In this document: one piece after another, positions 8,281-19,733 of the stretch | Layout: each line of letters begins with the position of its first letter | How positions within the stretch are numbered: the first letter of the stretch is position 1 | Assembly: GCA_006844585.1 (NCBI GenBank) | Contig: SPJM01000340.1 | Coordinates: 4,044 to 68,043 of the forward strand | Origin: Methylococcaceae bacterium | Lineage (GTDB): Bacteria > Pseudomonadota > Gammaproteobacteria > Methylococcales > Methylomonadaceae | Length of the DNA: 64,000 nucleotides | Direction of reading: 5' to 3' | Translations under genes and position numbers: made by a program | Notes under the pieces: generated by a model | Told to the model about the DNA's origin: nothing | The model's database searches: none | The model's input: only the letters and a program-made list of their open reading frames with translations

Positions 8281-10137
8281 TTATTGCTGTTGGGCTAAGA
8301 CGGAAACTTCCGCTTTTTCTTTTAAGCCGCTTAATACCGCCGCAAATAAACTTTGACCAAAGGCTCGAGAGATATTCATTTCCGCCAGACTTTGTTTTTG
8401 TTTATCACTTTCGCTCATTGCGCCCATTTCCACTTTAGTCAGCTTAACAATTGCCTGAGAACCATCCAGCTTATCGGCGATCACAATTGTCGGCTTATCC
8501 GCAGTTGGTTTTGCCGCCTTAAACACAGCTTGGTTGATCATCCACGGCAGCTCGCGGCTATTCCGCGTTAACCCGGTTTTCGACTCAACGGTTAATTGAT
8601 TTTGTTCGGCCAGCGCATTAATATCATCGCCGTTTTTCAATGCCTCTTTAATCGTTTCAGCTAATTGCTTAGTCTGCGCTTTCGCCTTATTAGACTGAAC
8701 GGCAAGATTTATTTCAGTTTTAACCTCTTCCAAAGGCTTTGTCGCCGCCGGTTTATAGTCCAACATGCGCAACACAACAATTCTATCGCTTAATTCGATT
8801 AAATCGCTATTATTGCCCTTCAGCACATCTTCTGAAAAAGCCATTCCTCGCACTGAATCTTGTTCAGCAACGCCTTCACCTGTTAATTTAGTGAAATAGC
8901 CGTTTTGTTTAACCTCAACGCCTAAAGCGTCAGCTACCGGGAGCAGACTATCCGGGTTTTCATAGCTCACTTCAGCCAGCATTTCACCCATTTCCACCAG
9001 TTTATTTTCCGCTTGAGCTCTTTTATAGTTGCTCGTTAATTCCGCTTTAACGCTTTCAAAAGGTTTCACATCGCCCGGGACTAACTCAGTGACTTTAATC
9101 AAATGATAACCAAACGATGATTTCACTGGCTCGGAAACCTCGCCTAACTGTAATTTCATCACCGCCTCATCAAATGCCGGCTCCATATCGCCTGCATTAA
9201 ATAACCCTAAATCGCCGCCGTTTTTAGCCGTCAAACCATCATCCGACAACGTTTGCGCCAGCTTGGCGAAATCTTCACTTGATACGCGTAATTTAGCGCT
9301 CTCTGCACGCTTCAAGGCCTCTTCCTCGCCATCTTTAGCCAAAAACAACATATGGCTGATTTTTCTACGCTCTTTTGTCGTATATAAATCTTTGCGCTCT
9401 TCATAGAAATCCATTAATTGCTGATCGTCAAAATCAACATCTTTCGCCAAGCCATCCAATGACAACTCAACATATTCAATTTTTATCTGCTCTTCAGTTT
9501 GATAGTTGCCTTGGTTTTGCTGGTAATAGCTCTGAATTTCTTCCTCCGTTGCCGATTCTGAAATGGTTTTCAGCGGTACGGTGATATAGTCAAAATCTCT
9601 TTTTTGATTTTGAATCGCAAAAAAATTATCGATTTCCGCCTGAGTAGCAAAACTGCTTTGCGTTACCGCTTTTTGAAACTGATCCATAATCAAAGCTTTG
9701 CGGATTCGATTGACAAATTCCGAAGTCGGCATTCTTTGCGCAGCTAATAAAGACTTATATTTTTGCTTATCGAACTCACCATCCGTTTGGAAATATTCCA
9801 AGGATTTAATAAAAGCTCTCGCGGTATCGTCAGCCACAACCAAACCTTCATCTACAACATATTGCAATAACACTTCATCGCTGATCAGCTTTTCAAATGC
9901 TTGTTGCTTAACGATTTGTTCGTCAAAGTCGCGACCGGCTAAATTTTGCGCATACTGCGCGTAAGCTCTGTTTAGGTCTTGCTGATAAAATTCTTTATCG
10001 CCCACCGTCGCTATCGGCGCTTCCTTTCCTCCACCCAGATAATTTTGTATGCCCCATAGCGCAAAAGGCACACAAATTAATATCAAAATGACCCATGCAA
10101 AAATACCCTGCGATTTTTCTCTAATCTTTAGTAGCAT
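8281..10137 (-). CDS. ppiD: Periplasmic chaperone/peptidyl-prolyl isomerase PpiD (SurA_N + rotamase)
   Basis: MLLKIREKSQG N-terminal anchor, rotamase GGDLG...SEPVKSSFGYHLIK, canonical position after hupB and the tRNAs. Confidence 0.93.
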   Translation of the reverse strand: MLLKIREKSQGIFAWVILILICVPFALWGIQNYLGGGKEAPIATVGDKEFYQQDLNRAYAQYAQNLAGRDFDEQIVKQQAFEKLISDEVLLQYVVDEGLVVADDTARAFIKSLEYFQTDGEFDKQKYKSLLAAQRMPTSEFVNRIRKALIMDQFQKAVTQSSFATQAEIDNFFAIQNQKRDFDYITVPLKTISESATEEEIQSYYQQNQGNYQTEEQIKIEYVELSLDGLAKDVDFDDQQLMDFYEERKDLYTTKERRKISHMLFLAKDGEEEALKRAESAKLRVSSEDFAKLAQTLSDDGLTAKNGGDLGLFNAGDMEPAFDEAVMKLQLGEVSEPVKSSFGYHLIKVTELVPGDVKPFESVKAELTSNYKRAQAENKLVEMGEMLAEVSYENPDSLLPVADALGVEVKQNGYFTKLTGEGVAEQDSVRGMAFSEDVLKGNNSDLIELSDRIVVLRMLDYKPAATKPLEEVKTEINLAVQSNKAKAQTKQLAETIKEALKNGDDINALAEQNQLTVESKTGLTRNSRELPWMINQAVFKAAKPTADKPTIVIADKLDGSQAIVKLTKVEMGAMSESDKQKQSLAEMNISRAFGQSLFAAVLSGLKEKAEVSVLAQQQ

Positions 10138-10215
10138 AATTATCAGCCTTTATTACACACATAACCCTTCAACAGTCGCTGAATCTGAAACAGCAAAGTT
10201 TTTTATATTTCAAGC

Positions 10216-10250
10216 AAAAAAAAACCCCGAACCGAACGGTCCGGGGTTTT
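10216..10250 (-). terminator. Rho-independent terminator after tRNA-Asp
   Basis: aaaacccc-ggaccgttcggttc-ggggtttt hairpin followed by a T9 run on the minus strand. Confidence 0.8.
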
Positions 10251-10257
10251 ACATTTT

Positions 10258-10334
10258 TGGCGGAGCGGACGGGACTCGAACCCGCGACCCCCGGCGTGAC
10301 AGGCCGGTATTCTAACCAACTGAACTACCGCTCC
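10258..10334 (-). tRNA. tRNA-Asp (GTC)
   Basis: GGAGCGGTAGTTCAGTTGGTTAGAATACCGGCCT-GTC-ACGCCGG...GGTTCGAGTCCC...CCA cloverleaf, 77 nt. Confidence 0.97.
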
Positions 10335-10341
10335 AAAGTCT

Positions 10342-10417
10342 TGGTGGGTGCTGAGGGGATCGAACCCCCGACCCTCGCCTTGTAAGGGCGATGCTCTCCC
10401 AGCTGAGCTAAGCACCC
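10342..10417 (-). tRNA. tRNA-Val (TAC)
   Basis: GGGTGCTTAGCTCAGCTGGGAGAGCATCGCCCT-TAC-AAGGCGA...GGTTCGATCCC...CCA, 76 nt. Confidence 0.97.
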
Positions 10418-10430
10418 GACTAAAGAAATG

Positions 10431-10703
10431 CTAGTTTACAGCATCTTTAAGAGATTTACCAGCTTTAAATGAAGGAATTTTTGCAGCTTTGATAGTAATC
10501 TCTTCACCTGTTTGTGGATTACGCCCTTTACGTTCAGCTCTTTCCTTCACTTGAAAAGTACCGAAACCCACTAATGCGACTGAATCGCCAGCACTCAAAG
10601 CCTCAGTTACCGAATCTAAAAAACCGTCTAAAGCTTTACCTGCATCTGCTTTTGTTAATCCCGCTGAATCAGCGATTGCATCTATAAGTTCCGATTTATT
10701 CAT
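10431..10703 (-). CDS. hupB: DNA-binding protein HU
   Basis: [11 protein letters not shown]...[21 protein letters not shown]...[12 protein letters not shown]; true start at 10703. Confidence 0.97.
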   Translation of the reverse strand: MNKSELIDAIADSAGLTKADAGKALDGFLDSVTEALSAGDSVALVGFGTFQVKERAERKGRNPQTGEEITIKAAKIPSFKAGKSLKDAVN

Positions 10704-11027
10704 TGATTTCCCCTTAGGATGTGAATTGTTAATTTTATTTAGAATATAGCTCACAAAAACAAACTACAGTATAACCGTCCATACTCTTCAGTTTATTGAT
10801 TTATTTCAAACTGTTTTAAAAAATAAAAACCAACCCAGCTTAACAAAATAAATCTGTTGAATACTGAACGGTTTGCGTAAATGGATTACTGTAGCGGCAT
10901 TAAATTAATCAGTTAATTTAATCTTGTGCTGCGCCTTTTCGAACCTCTCAAAACCTCAAGCCCCTATCAAAGATGCAGCACGATTGTTTCTTAAGGCCAT
11001 TCCTGCCTATTATCAAAAACTTCGATA

Positions 11028-11056
11028 TTTATATCAATTGATTTAATAGCCGTCAA
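11028..11056 (-). promoter_or_regulatory. Putative sigma70 promoter for hupB
   Basis: TTGACG-17 nt-TATAAA on the minus strand just after the lon stop, about 325 nt upstream of hupB. Confidence 0.55.
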
Positions 11057-11074
11057 GTTAAATATCAACTTAGA

Positions 11075-13483
11075 TTAATGCGCAACAACGTTTGCCGTTT
11101 TTTCATTGGCGCTTTCCTTAGCCGCATTTTCTTCAGTGATATTTTTTACGGGAGCAGGTAAATGCTGTAAAGCAACTTCCAACACCTCATCAATCCAACT
11201 CACTAATTTGATGTCTAAATTCTCCTTGATGTTATCGGGGATTTCGACCAAGTCTTTTTCATTTTCCGCCGGAATCAACACGGTCGTAATTCCCCCTCGA
11301 TGCGCGGCCAATAGTTTCTCTTTCAGGCCGCCGATAGGCAACACCTGCCCTCTCAGGGTAATCTCTCCAGTCATTGCAACATTCGCCTTAACCGGAATTT
11401 TAGTCATCGCGGAAACAATCGCTGTGCACATCCCGATCCCCGCACTGGGGCCATCTTTAGGCGTTGCCCCTTCAGGCACATGAATATGCAAATCGCTTTC
11501 TTGAAATACTTTTTTATCAATACCCAAAACATCAGCGCGACTTCTAACGACAGTTACGGCGGCGTCAATAGACTCTTTCATGACATCACCCAGCTTACCG
11601 GTTGCCTGTTGTCGGCCTTTCCCCGGAATTACTGCAGATTCAATCGTTAGTAATTCACCGCCGACCTCAGTCCAGGCCAAACCAGTGACTTGCCCGACCT
11701 GATCTTTATCTTCAGCGATACCGTAATTAAACCGTCTGACGCCTAAATATTTATCCAACTGATCAGAATCAACGACGACTTTTTTACTATCTTTATCCAA
11801 CAATAAGTCTTTTACAACTTTTCTACAAACCTTGGAAATTTCTCTTTCCAATCCGCGTACGCCCGCTTCACGTGTATAGTAACGAATCATATCGCTCACC
11901 GCCGACTCGCTGATTTCAATTTCAGCTTTCTTCAAGCCGTTATTTTTGATCTGCTTAGGAATCAAAAATCTCAAAGCGATATTAACTTTTTCATCTTCGG
12001 TATAACCCGATAAACGAATAATTTCCATTCGGTCCATTAATGCGGGCGGAATATTTAATGTATTGGCAGTCGCCACAAACATCACATCGGACAAATCAAA
12101 ATCAACTTCCAAATAATGGTCGGCAAAAGTATGATTTTGCTCAGGATCCAAAACTTCCAGTAAAGCGGAAGCCGGGTCGCCGCGAAAATCCGCCGCCATC
12201 TTATCAATTTCGTCCAATAAAAACATAGGATTGCGAACTTTAATTTTGGAAAGATTTTGTAAAATCTTGCCCGGCATAGATCCAATATAGGTACGCCTAT
12301 GCCCTCTTATCTCCGCCTCATCCCTAACCCCGCCTAAAGCCATCCGAATATATTTTCGATTGGTCGCGCGAGCGATAGATTGTCCTAAAGAAGTTTTACC
12401 CACGCCTGGCGGCCCGACTAAACATAAAATCGGCCCCTTAAGCTGTTTAACGCGTTGTTGAACCGCTAAATATTCAAGAATACGTTCTTTAACTTTATCC
12501 AGTCCATAATGCTCTTCTTCTAAGACTTTTTCCGCCAATTTCAAATCATTTCGCACTTTGGTTTTCTTTTTCCAAGGTACGCTGACCATCCAATCGATGT
12601 AATTTCTAACCACTGTTGCTTCTGCCGACATTGGCGACATAAGCTTTAGTTTATTCAGTTCCGTTTCAGCCTTGTTTTTAGCTTCAGCTGACATTCCGGC
12701 GGAAGCTATTTTCTTTTCTAACTCTTCAATTTCATTGACCGCGTCATCCATTTCCCCCAGCTCTTTTTGAATCGCTTTCATTTGCTCATTCAAATAATAT
12801 TCACGCTGGTTTTTTTCCATTTGTTTTTTTACGCGACCGCGAATGCGCTTTTCCATTTCTAACAAATCAACTTCGCCTTCCATCAAGCTCATGAGCAATT
12901 CCAGGCGCTGTACGATTTCAGCAATTTCAAGCACTTTTTGCTTATCTTCCACCTTTAAGGTCATATGTGCGGAAACAGTGTCCGCCAAACGCCCCAATTC
13001 ATCAATGCCTGCCAATGAGTTCAGTACTTCAGGGGGAATTTTATTATTCAGTTTGACATATTGGTCAAAAGCATTGATCACCGTCCGTTGCAACACATCC
13101 GCCTCTTGCTCGGAAATATCAATTACTTCTTCGAGAATATCGACTGTGGCCGCTAAATACCCATCAACTTCCTGATGAGACTTAATAATGCAACGCTTCT
13201 CGCCTTCCACCAGTACTTTAACCGTGCCATCGGGTAATTTCAGCAACTGCAAAATATTCGCCAAAGTACCGACCGTATAAAGTTGATCAAACTTCGGCGC
13301 ATCCTCTTCAGCATTTTTTTGAGCCAATAACAGAATTCGTTTATTTTCCTTCATGGCCTCATCTAAAGCGTCAATGGATTTTTCCCGCCCGACAAACAAA
13401 GGAATAACCATATGAGGATAAACCACCACATCGCGTAGCGGCAATACCGGTATTAAGCCTTCTTCTTGAATAAAATCTGTCAT
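11075..13483 (-). CDS. lon: ATP-dependent protease La
   Basis: LPLRDVVVYP N-domain, Walker A GPPGVGKTS, catalytic PKDGPSAG. Confidence 0.98.
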   Translation of the reverse strand: MTDFIQEEGLIPVLPLRDVVVYPHMVIPLFVGREKSIDALDEAMKENKRILLLAQKNAEEDAPKFDQLYTVGTLANILQLLKLPDGTVKVLVEGEKRCIIKSHQEVDGYLAATVDILEEVIDISEQEADVLQRTVINAFDQYVKLNNKIPPEVLNSLAGIDELGRLADTVSAHMTLKVEDKQKVLEIAEIVQRLELLMSLMEGEVDLLEMEKRIRGRVKKQMEKNQREYYLNEQMKAIQKELGEMDDAVNEIEELEKKIASAGMSAEAKNKAETELNKLKLMSPMSAEATVVRNYIDWMVSVPWKKKTKVRNDLKLAEKVLEEEHYGLDKVKERILEYLAVQQRVKQLKGPILCLVGPPGVGKTSLGQSIARATNRKYIRMALGGVRDEAEIRGHRRTYIGSMPGKILQNLSKIKVRNPMFLLDEIDKMAADFRGDPASALLEVLDPEQNHTFADHYLEVDFDLSDVMFVATANTLNIPPALMDRMEIIRLSGYTEDEKVNIALRFLIPKQIKNNGLKKAEIEISESAVSDMIRYYTREAGVRGLEREISKVCRKVVKDLLLDKDSKKVVVDSDQLDKYLGVRRFNYGIAEDKDQVGQVTGLAWTEVGGELLTIESAVIPGKGRQQATGKLGDVMKESIDAAVTVVRSRADVLGIDKKVFQESDLHIHVPEGATPKDGPSAGIGMCTAIVSAMTKIPVKANVAMTGEITLRGQVLPIGGLKEKLLAAHRGGITTVLIPAENEKDLVEIPDNIKENLDIKLVSWIDEVLEVALQHLPAPVKNITEENAAKESANEKTANVVAH

Positions 13484-13505
13484 ATTAATTGCTTATAAAA
13501 TTAAA

Positions 13506-14783
13506 CTAGTGTTTATCAGAAGAGGCGATCTTTTTCTCTGATTCATAGACATAAATAGGATCCGATTTTCCTTCTATAACGCTCTCGTCCAAGACGACCT
13601 TGACAATATCGTCACTGGAAGGCAATTCATACATGGTATCCAGTAAAACATTTTCAACAATAGTCCTTAAGCCTCTGGCGCCGGTTCGGCGCTCCATTGA
13701 TTTACGCGCAATAGCCGCCAGAGAATCTTCTCTAAACTCTAACTCTGCGCCTTCCATTTCAAACAAATGCTGATATTGCTTAGTCAATGCATTTTTCGGT
13801 TCGGTAAGAATTCTAACCAGAGCGGCCTCATCTAACTCTTCCAGCGTGGCAACCACAGGCAATCGACCGACAAATTCCGGAATCAAACCGTATTTAATCA
13901 GATCTTCCGCCTCCACATCAGAAAAAACCTCGCCAACGTTTTTGTCTTCATCTTTTGACTTGACCTCAGCAGAAAAACCAATCCCGCCTTTTTCAGAGCG
14001 TGCCTTAATAACCCTATCCAAACCAGCAAAAGCGCCGCCCACTATAAATAGGATATTAGCCGTATTGACTTGTAAAAATTCCTGCTGCGGATGTTTACGC
14101 CCGCCTTGCGGCGGCACCGAAGCTACTGTTCCCTCAATCAACTTCAGCAATGCCTGCTGCACTCCTTCCCCCGAAACATCACGGGTTATAGAAGGATTAT
14201 CCGCCTTGCGGGAAATCTTATCGATTTCATCTATATAGACAATCCCTGTTTCGGCTTTTTCAACATCATAATCGCATTTCTGCAGAATTTTCTGAATAAT
14301 GTTTTCGACATCCTCGCCAACATAACCCGCCTCAGTCAATGTCGTGGCGTCAGCTATCGTAAAAGGCACATCAAGCAACCTGGCCAATGTTTCCGCTAAT
14401 AAGGTTTTTCCTGAACCAGTGGGTCCAATTAGCAAAATATTACTTTTCGCCAATTCAACATCGTTCTTTTTATCCTTACAACGCAAGCGTTTATAATGAT
14501 TATAAACAGCTACCGCCAAAATCCTTTTTGCGCTCTCTTGGTCAATCACATAATTATCCAGCTCCGCCTTTATTTCTTTCGGCTTTGGCAGTTCGCCATC
14601 GCCTGCCGTCTCATTATCTTCAGCTAATTCATCCCTGATAATATCATTGCAAAGCTCTACACACTCATCACAAACGTAAACCGAAGGCCCCGCAATTAGC
14701 TTTCTTACTTCATGCTGACTTTTACCGCAAAATGAACAATAAAGTAATTTATCATCATCATTGCCGATTCTGTCATTACTCAT
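13506..14783 (-). CDS. clpX: Clp protease ATP-binding subunit ClpX
   Basis: CSFCGK Zn finger, [22 protein letters not shown]. Confidence 0.98.
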   Translation of the reverse strand: MSNDRIGNDDDKLLYCSFCGKSQHEVRKLIAGPSVYVCDECVELCNDIIRDELAEDNETAGDGELPKPKEIKAELDNYVIDQESAKRILAVAVYNHYKRLRCKDKKNDVELAKSNILLIGPTGSGKTLLAETLARLLDVPFTIADATTLTEAGYVGEDVENIIQKILQKCDYDVEKAETGIVYIDEIDKISRKADNPSITRDVSGEGVQQALLKLIEGTVASVPPQGGRKHPQQEFLQVNTANILFIVGGAFAGLDRVIKARSEKGGIGFSAEVKSKDEDKNVGEVFSDVEAEDLIKYGLIPEFVGRLPVVATLEELDEAALVRILTEPKNALTKQYQHLFEMEGAELEFREDSLAAIARKSMERRTGARGLRTIVENVLLDTMYELPSSDDIVKVVLDESVIEGKSDPIYVYESEKKIASSDKH

Positions 14784-14904
14784 AGGCTAGCTCCCACCAA
14801 CACCTTTTTCTTTAATTAACTTGACACTCTAACCAACTCAAACGTAACGCCATTCGTTGGTAATTCTTATAGGATAGCTTGAAACCGACAAAAGTTACAA
14901 CTCA

Positions 14905-15543
14905 TTAAGGCTCGCGACTGTTTAGAACTTGATCAACCAAACCATATTCAACAGCCGCCTCTGCGCTTAAAAAATTATCGCGGTCCGTATCCTGACGAAT
15001 TCTATCTATCGATTGATGAGTATGATGCGCCAAAATATTATTCAATTTTTCCCTAATTAATAATATTTCGCGCGCATGAATGTCAATATCGGAAGCCTGA
15101 CCTTGAAAGCCGCCTAAAGGCTGATGAATCATGACCCGGGAATGCGGTAAACAATACCGCTTATCGGCCGCGCCTCCAGCCAATAACAGCGCGCCCATGC
15201 TAGCCGCCTGACCGATACACATAGTGCTGACGTCGGATTTAATAAACTGCATGGTATCGTAAATAGCCATTCCGGCAGTCACTGAACCGCCAGGCGAATT
15301 GATATATAAATGAATATCTTTATCCGGATTTTCAGATTCCAGGAACAAAAGTTGAGCAACCACCAGATTCGCCATGTAATCCTCGACTTGCCCTACTAAA
15401 AAAACCACTCGCTCCTTAAGCAATCGTGAATAAATATCAAATGACCGTTCGCCTCTGGCTGTCTGTTCGATAACCATAGGCACCAAACCACCGGCCGCAT
15501 GCGGCACGTTCAAATTATCCAATCCTTTATGATTATCAAACAT
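14905..15543 (-). CDS. clpP: Clp protease proteolytic subunit
   Basis: [30 protein letters not shown]. Confidence 0.98.
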   Translation of the reverse strand: MFDNHKGLDNLNVPHAAGGLVPMVIEQTARGERSFDIYSRLLKERVVFLVGQVEDYMANLVVAQLLFLESENPDKDIHLYINSPGGSVTAGMAIYDTMQFIKSDVSTMCIGQAASMGALLLAGGAADKRYCLPHSRVMIHQPLGGFQGQASDIDIHAREILLIREKLNNILAHHTHQSIDRIRQDTDRDNFLSAEAAVEYGLVDQVLNSREP

Positions 15544-15565
15544 TTTTTCGCCTCTTTAGTTTCAG

Positions 15566-16855
15566 TTAATTCATTGCATCTTCAAAACTGACTGCTTCAT
15601 CAGTCACTTGTGCATGACTCACTATCCAGTCAACAACCTGATCCTCCAAAACCATTTGCTTAATTTCGTTCAAACGGCTTTCATCTTGATAATACCACTT
15701 GATAATTTCATCGGGATCGCCATAACCTTGAGCCAAATCTTCAAGAGTGGATTTTACTCGCTCATTGTCGACATTGATTTCATGCTTCTGAATCACATCA
15801 CTCAAAATCAACCCTAAGGCCACTCTTCTTCTCGCCTGCTCCTCAAATTGCTCTCTTGCCAACTCGTCATCACTCGGCGTTATATTTTGACGTTTAGCGT
15901 TTTCTACATACGATTTCGTCATGCTTTCAATTTCTTGGTCAACCAAAGCATTAGGCAATGTAACGCTAACATTCTCATAAACGGCATCCATCACTTGATT
16001 TTTTAATTTACGCGACAAAGCCATACCAAGCTCTCGCTCCATATTATTTCTGATATCTTCCTGAAATGCAGCCAAGTCGCCATCTTCAATACCGTATGAA
16101 ACGATGAACTCTTCATTCAGCTCTGGAATTACCGCCTCTTCCACTCCAACTAATTCAATATCAAATTGAGCTGTTTTACCGGAAAGCTTAGGGTTTCCAT
16201 AACCTTCAGGAAAAGTAGCCTCAAAACTTTTGGCTTCGCCTTTCTGCAATCCAATCAATGCATCCTCAAAACCGGAAATCATTTGCTTAGCGCCTATTTC
16301 AACCTTGAAATCTTCAACTTTTCCATCGGTAAAATTTTCCCCTTCGCTTTCTCCTGAAAAATGGATTGTAACGCGATCTCCTTGTTGAGAAGCTCTTTCA
16401 ACTTCCCGCCAATCTTTTTTCTGCTCGCGCAACTTATCAATCATTTCATTAAGGTCAGAGTCGCCGACTTCAGCAGTCATCCGCGATAAGGCCAAGTTTT
16501 CTAAATTATCCAACTCAATCGTCGGATAAACCTCAAACTCAGCGACATATTGAAGCCCTTCCTTCTGCTCATCAGGCACGATATGCGGCTGTCCCGCAGG
16601 ATTTAAAGATTGTTCTGTTAGAGCATCAAAATAACTGGATTGCATTAAGTCGCCTAAAATTTCACCGCGTACTCGATTACCGTATTGTTTTTTCACCACG
16701 CTGACAGGAACTTTACCGGGACGAAAACCATCAAGCTTAATCTCTCTAGCCAATGACTTAAACCGCGCTTCCATTTTCTCCTGAACGACCTCTTCAGGAA
16801 TATTAACAGTCATTTTCCGAACTATTTCTGATGTCTTTTCGACGGAAACTTGCAT
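15566..16855 (-). CDS. tig: Trigger factor
   Basis: GFRPGKVP ribosome-binding motif, FKBP domain, position upstream of clpP. Confidence 0.97.
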   Translation of the reverse strand: MQVSVEKTSEIVRKMTVNIPEEVVQEKMEARFKSLAREIKLDGFRPGKVPVSVVKKQYGNRVRGEILGDLMQSSYFDALTEQSLNPAGQPHIVPDEQKEGLQYVAEFEVYPTIELDNLENLALSRMTAEVGDSDLNEMIDKLREQKKDWREVERASQQGDRVTIHFSGESEGENFTDGKVEDFKVEIGAKQMISGFEDALIGLQKGEAKSFEATFPEGYGNPKLSGKTAQFDIELVGVEEAVIPELNEEFIVSYGIEDGDLAAFQEDIRNNMERELGMALSRKLKNQVMDAVYENVSVTLPNALVDQEIESMTKSYVENAKRQNITPSDDELAREQFEEQARRRVALGLILSDVIQKHEINVDNERVKSTLEDLAQGYGDPDEIIKWYYQDESRLNEIKQMVLEDQVVDWIVSHAQVTDEAVSFEDAMN

Positions 16856-17091
16856 TATTGTACCTCAACTATATTTACTGACCGGTTATTAAAGATATGC
16901 CTATTCTGTAATGAGATTTAACACGGCGCTCATCATCATTAATTGATGGGCTATCAAAAACAATGATTTTTTACCATAGAAACGCCTTTCCGCTTGAAAA
17001 GCAAACTAAGAAAACAAAAGATGCATGGTGTTTGTTAAGACTGCTTTCAATCTCATTGCGGTGATTTGAGCGAACTCCCCAAAACATAAGA

Positions 17092-17176
<85 letters not shown>

Positions 17177-17484
17177 ATAATAAAGAACGCGGCATTATAA
17201 TCAATAACTCAACCAATAACAAGGTTTATCTTTATCAAAATATACTTGATATCTTTCGGTAAATTTCAAAATTGCTTAATAGTTCTAACAAAAACTGACA
17301 TATAGAGACTAAACTATAACCTTACATGCATACAAGTTTAATTGTCGGCAAATTGCAATGCTTTCATCGTAATAAGCACGGACTTACCCCCCAAAAAAGA
17401 GTAGACTACCTTAATACTTAAGCGGACATTAAGCTAAAAACAAACCACTAACCACTATCGCCAAACAAATAATAAACAAAGAAT

Positions 17485-18963
17485 ATGTTGCCTTTCGAAT
17501 TCACTGAAAATTCCGTTTCCATTTGGTTAAAATCAATCAGCCAACTGAATACTATGGAAAAAGGCAATAAACTTAATCAAATTTTAAATCAACTCAGAGA
17601 TGTCCACGAGGAAAAACAACGCTTACTTCCTGTTTTGCTCAAACTGACAACCCCGGTAATCCATTGCTCTACATCATTATGTTGCAAACAATTGGAAATA
17701 AGCGATAGGGAAAAAAATCAAAAAATCATCAAACTCAGTAAATTACTGCTCAGAAATACGGCATTACTATTTCACGCCATCACATTTAATAAATCACTAG
17801 CGCCCGATCAAAAACAACAATGTATTTTCTTTTTTTTACAATTAACCGGCATTCATTTGCGATTAAATTGTCAATATCAAGAAATGCCCAACGAAACACT
17901 TTGGAAAAAAACAGCTGAACTTTATGCTTTCGCAAAAGACAATCAAATAACGAATAAAAAAACGCCTCATAACATACCCGAGTTTACACCTTTACCCACA
18001 ATTGAAGACACCCTGAAAAGAAACTTATTACTGAGCATCATCATCATGCGCTCAATTGATAGCAACGAAACAGCCGCTATTTTAAAATTCGTAGACGCTC
18101 TGTTCAATAAACTGGCGCTATTGGAGGGGTTAAATAAAGATAGCTATTTTTTCTGGAATAGTCGCGGAGCTCTGCCTAACTCAATAACATCATCTCAGGA
18201 AACGAGTAGATTTAATATTTACCTTGATACGCAGCAAATTTTTTCATTTCTACAAAATAAAACGAACCCCACAAAACTTTCCAGCACTTTAAGAAACCAA
18301 ATCGCCATGCATTTGTCGGGCTATAAAACCTTGATAGACAGCCAAGTCCCGTCTCCGCCGATTGTATTAAATTTAACCAGCGGCTACAAAAACATCAGCG
18401 ATTTTTTGATTCAAAGAGAAAAAATTAACCGGATTTATAGAGCCAGCGAAACACTGGAAAAAGATCATAACCTTACTCTTCCCATTGAATCGAAGCCTAA
18501 CTCCGCCTCACAGCCTTTAAATAGCGCCAAGCAGCCCGCTTATAAAGCGCCAGAAAGCATACAAGTCAAATACTATCAAACCCAACATGAGAAGTTCTTG
18601 ATTTTAGAACTGAATAGCTCAGAGATTCTTAACGGAAATCTGATCACTTTAACCAACAACAAAAATACTATGATCCCTGGCGTCATTAGGCGCGTCATTC
18701 ATAAACCGCAGCAAACCACTCAAATCCTGATTGAAAAAATATACGGCCAACTATCCTGCCACCCGGTCGAATCAAAGTCTGAAAATAAAAAACCGATCAT
18801 CTTAATCAACGAACATACGGACAGACCGGAAGCTTTACTACCCTTTCATTATTACTCAAACCAATCAAGCATTTGGATAAATAATAGACAGGCAAAATTG
18901 GAAAAACTCATCGAATTCAGCAATCACTTTGCCCACTACAAGATCAACTTTACTCAGGAATAA
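17485..18963 (+). CDS. Hypothetical protein, divergent FimW/PilZ-like c-di-GMP receptor family
   Basis: Pattern IWLKSI...YQEMPNETLWKKTAELYAFA...TIEDTLKRNLLLSII recalls the FimW-family helical N-terminus; C-terminal beta-rich PGVIRRV segment. Confidence 0.45.
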   Translation: MLPFEFTENSVSIWLKSISQLNTMEKGNKLNQILNQLRDVHEEKQRLLPVLLKLTTPVIHCSTSLCCKQLEISDREKNQKIIKLSKLLLRNTALLFHAITFNKSLAPDQKQQCIFFFLQLTGIHLRLNCQYQEMPNETLWKKTAELYAFAKDNQITNKKTPHNIPEFTPLPTIEDTLKRNLLLSIIIMRSIDSNETAAILKFVDALFNKLALLEGLNKDSYFFWNSRGALPNSITSSQETSRFNIYLDTQQIFSFLQNKTNPTKLSSTLRNQIAMHLSGYKTLIDSQVPSPPIVLNLTSGYKNISDFLIQREKINRIYRASETLEKDHNLTLPIESKPNSASQPLNSAKQPAYKAPESIQVKYYQTQHEKFLILELNSSEILNGNLITLTNNKNTMIPGVIRRVIHKPQQTTQILIEKIYGQLSCHPVESKSENKKPIILINEHTDRPEALLPFHYYSNQSSIWINNRQAKLEKLIEFSNHFAHYKINFTQE

Positions 18964-18973
18964 AAACTGCAAT

Positions 18974-19720
18974 CTAAGTAGCCAAAGCATCCATTAAATC
19001 AATCATAAATTCCATTTCTTCTTGCCCAACCTGTTGCCACGATGAAAAGCCCAAATTCTCCAAAACAAGCTTCCCTTTTTCATCATTCGCCATCGTTAAT
19101 AAAACATCCAGCAACTCATCGCGCTTATACTGAAACTCCGGACCAATCATCAAAGCATGATTAATGACGCCAATACGACTTCTAACAACAATTCTTAGCT
19201 GTTTTTTAATGATATTCGATAAGTCATCAAAAGCTTCAGCCAGAAAAAAACCGACATCCGCCTTACCGTTTAACAAATTTTTAGCAACCAATACATAACT
19301 ACCCGCCATGATTGCTTGAGTATTTTCCTTTGACAAATCAGCCGGCTCCAACATTATCATCCCGATCATTCGCACATCCGGATCATCCGTATAAGCCAAA
19401 GTAACGCCCTCGCTCAACTCTTCAACTTGCTTAATATCCGCCTCATTGTTGACCGCAATAATCACCTCATCAGCCTCTGCCTCAGCTTGAACCAAGGGCT
19501 TGAAGTCCTGCTCTCTAACCAACATTGCCGCATCATAAGGATTCGCATATATTAAATCAACCCGACCATTGCGTATCGCATCACGCTGCTTATTGAAATC
19601 ATCATACATTTCAAGGTGGATACCAACATTTAATTTTTTCTGCAACCAAGTATTGAAGATATACCAACCCGATATATGCGCCGGTGAAAAGTCAGGACTC
19701 ACTGTAAATTGGAATGTCAT
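18974..19720 (-). CDS. Phosphate/phosphonate-binding-protein-fold (PBP2) protein without signal peptide
   Basis: VDLIYANPYDAAML, V..LL.GKADVGF, HALMIGP motifs of the PhnD-like family; N-terminus MTFQFTVSPDF has no signal or lipobox. Confidence 0.75.
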   Translation of the reverse strand: MTFQFTVSPDFSPAHISGWYIFNTWLQKKLNVGIHLEMYDDFNKQRDAIRNGRVDLIYANPYDAAMLVREQDFKPLVQAEAEADEVIIAVNNEADIKQVEELSEGVTLAYTDDPDVRMIGMIMLEPADLSKENTQAIMAGSYVLVAKNLLNGKADVGFFLAEAFDDLSNIIKKQLRIVVRSRIGVINHALMIGPEFQYKRDELLDVLLTMANDEKGKLVLENLGFSSWQQVGQEEMEFMIDLMDALAT

Positions 19721-19733
19721 TATTAATAACTCC

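Noticed and set aside
18974-19720. Phosphonate ABC transporter operon
   Set aside because: No permease or ATPase genes and no signal peptide.
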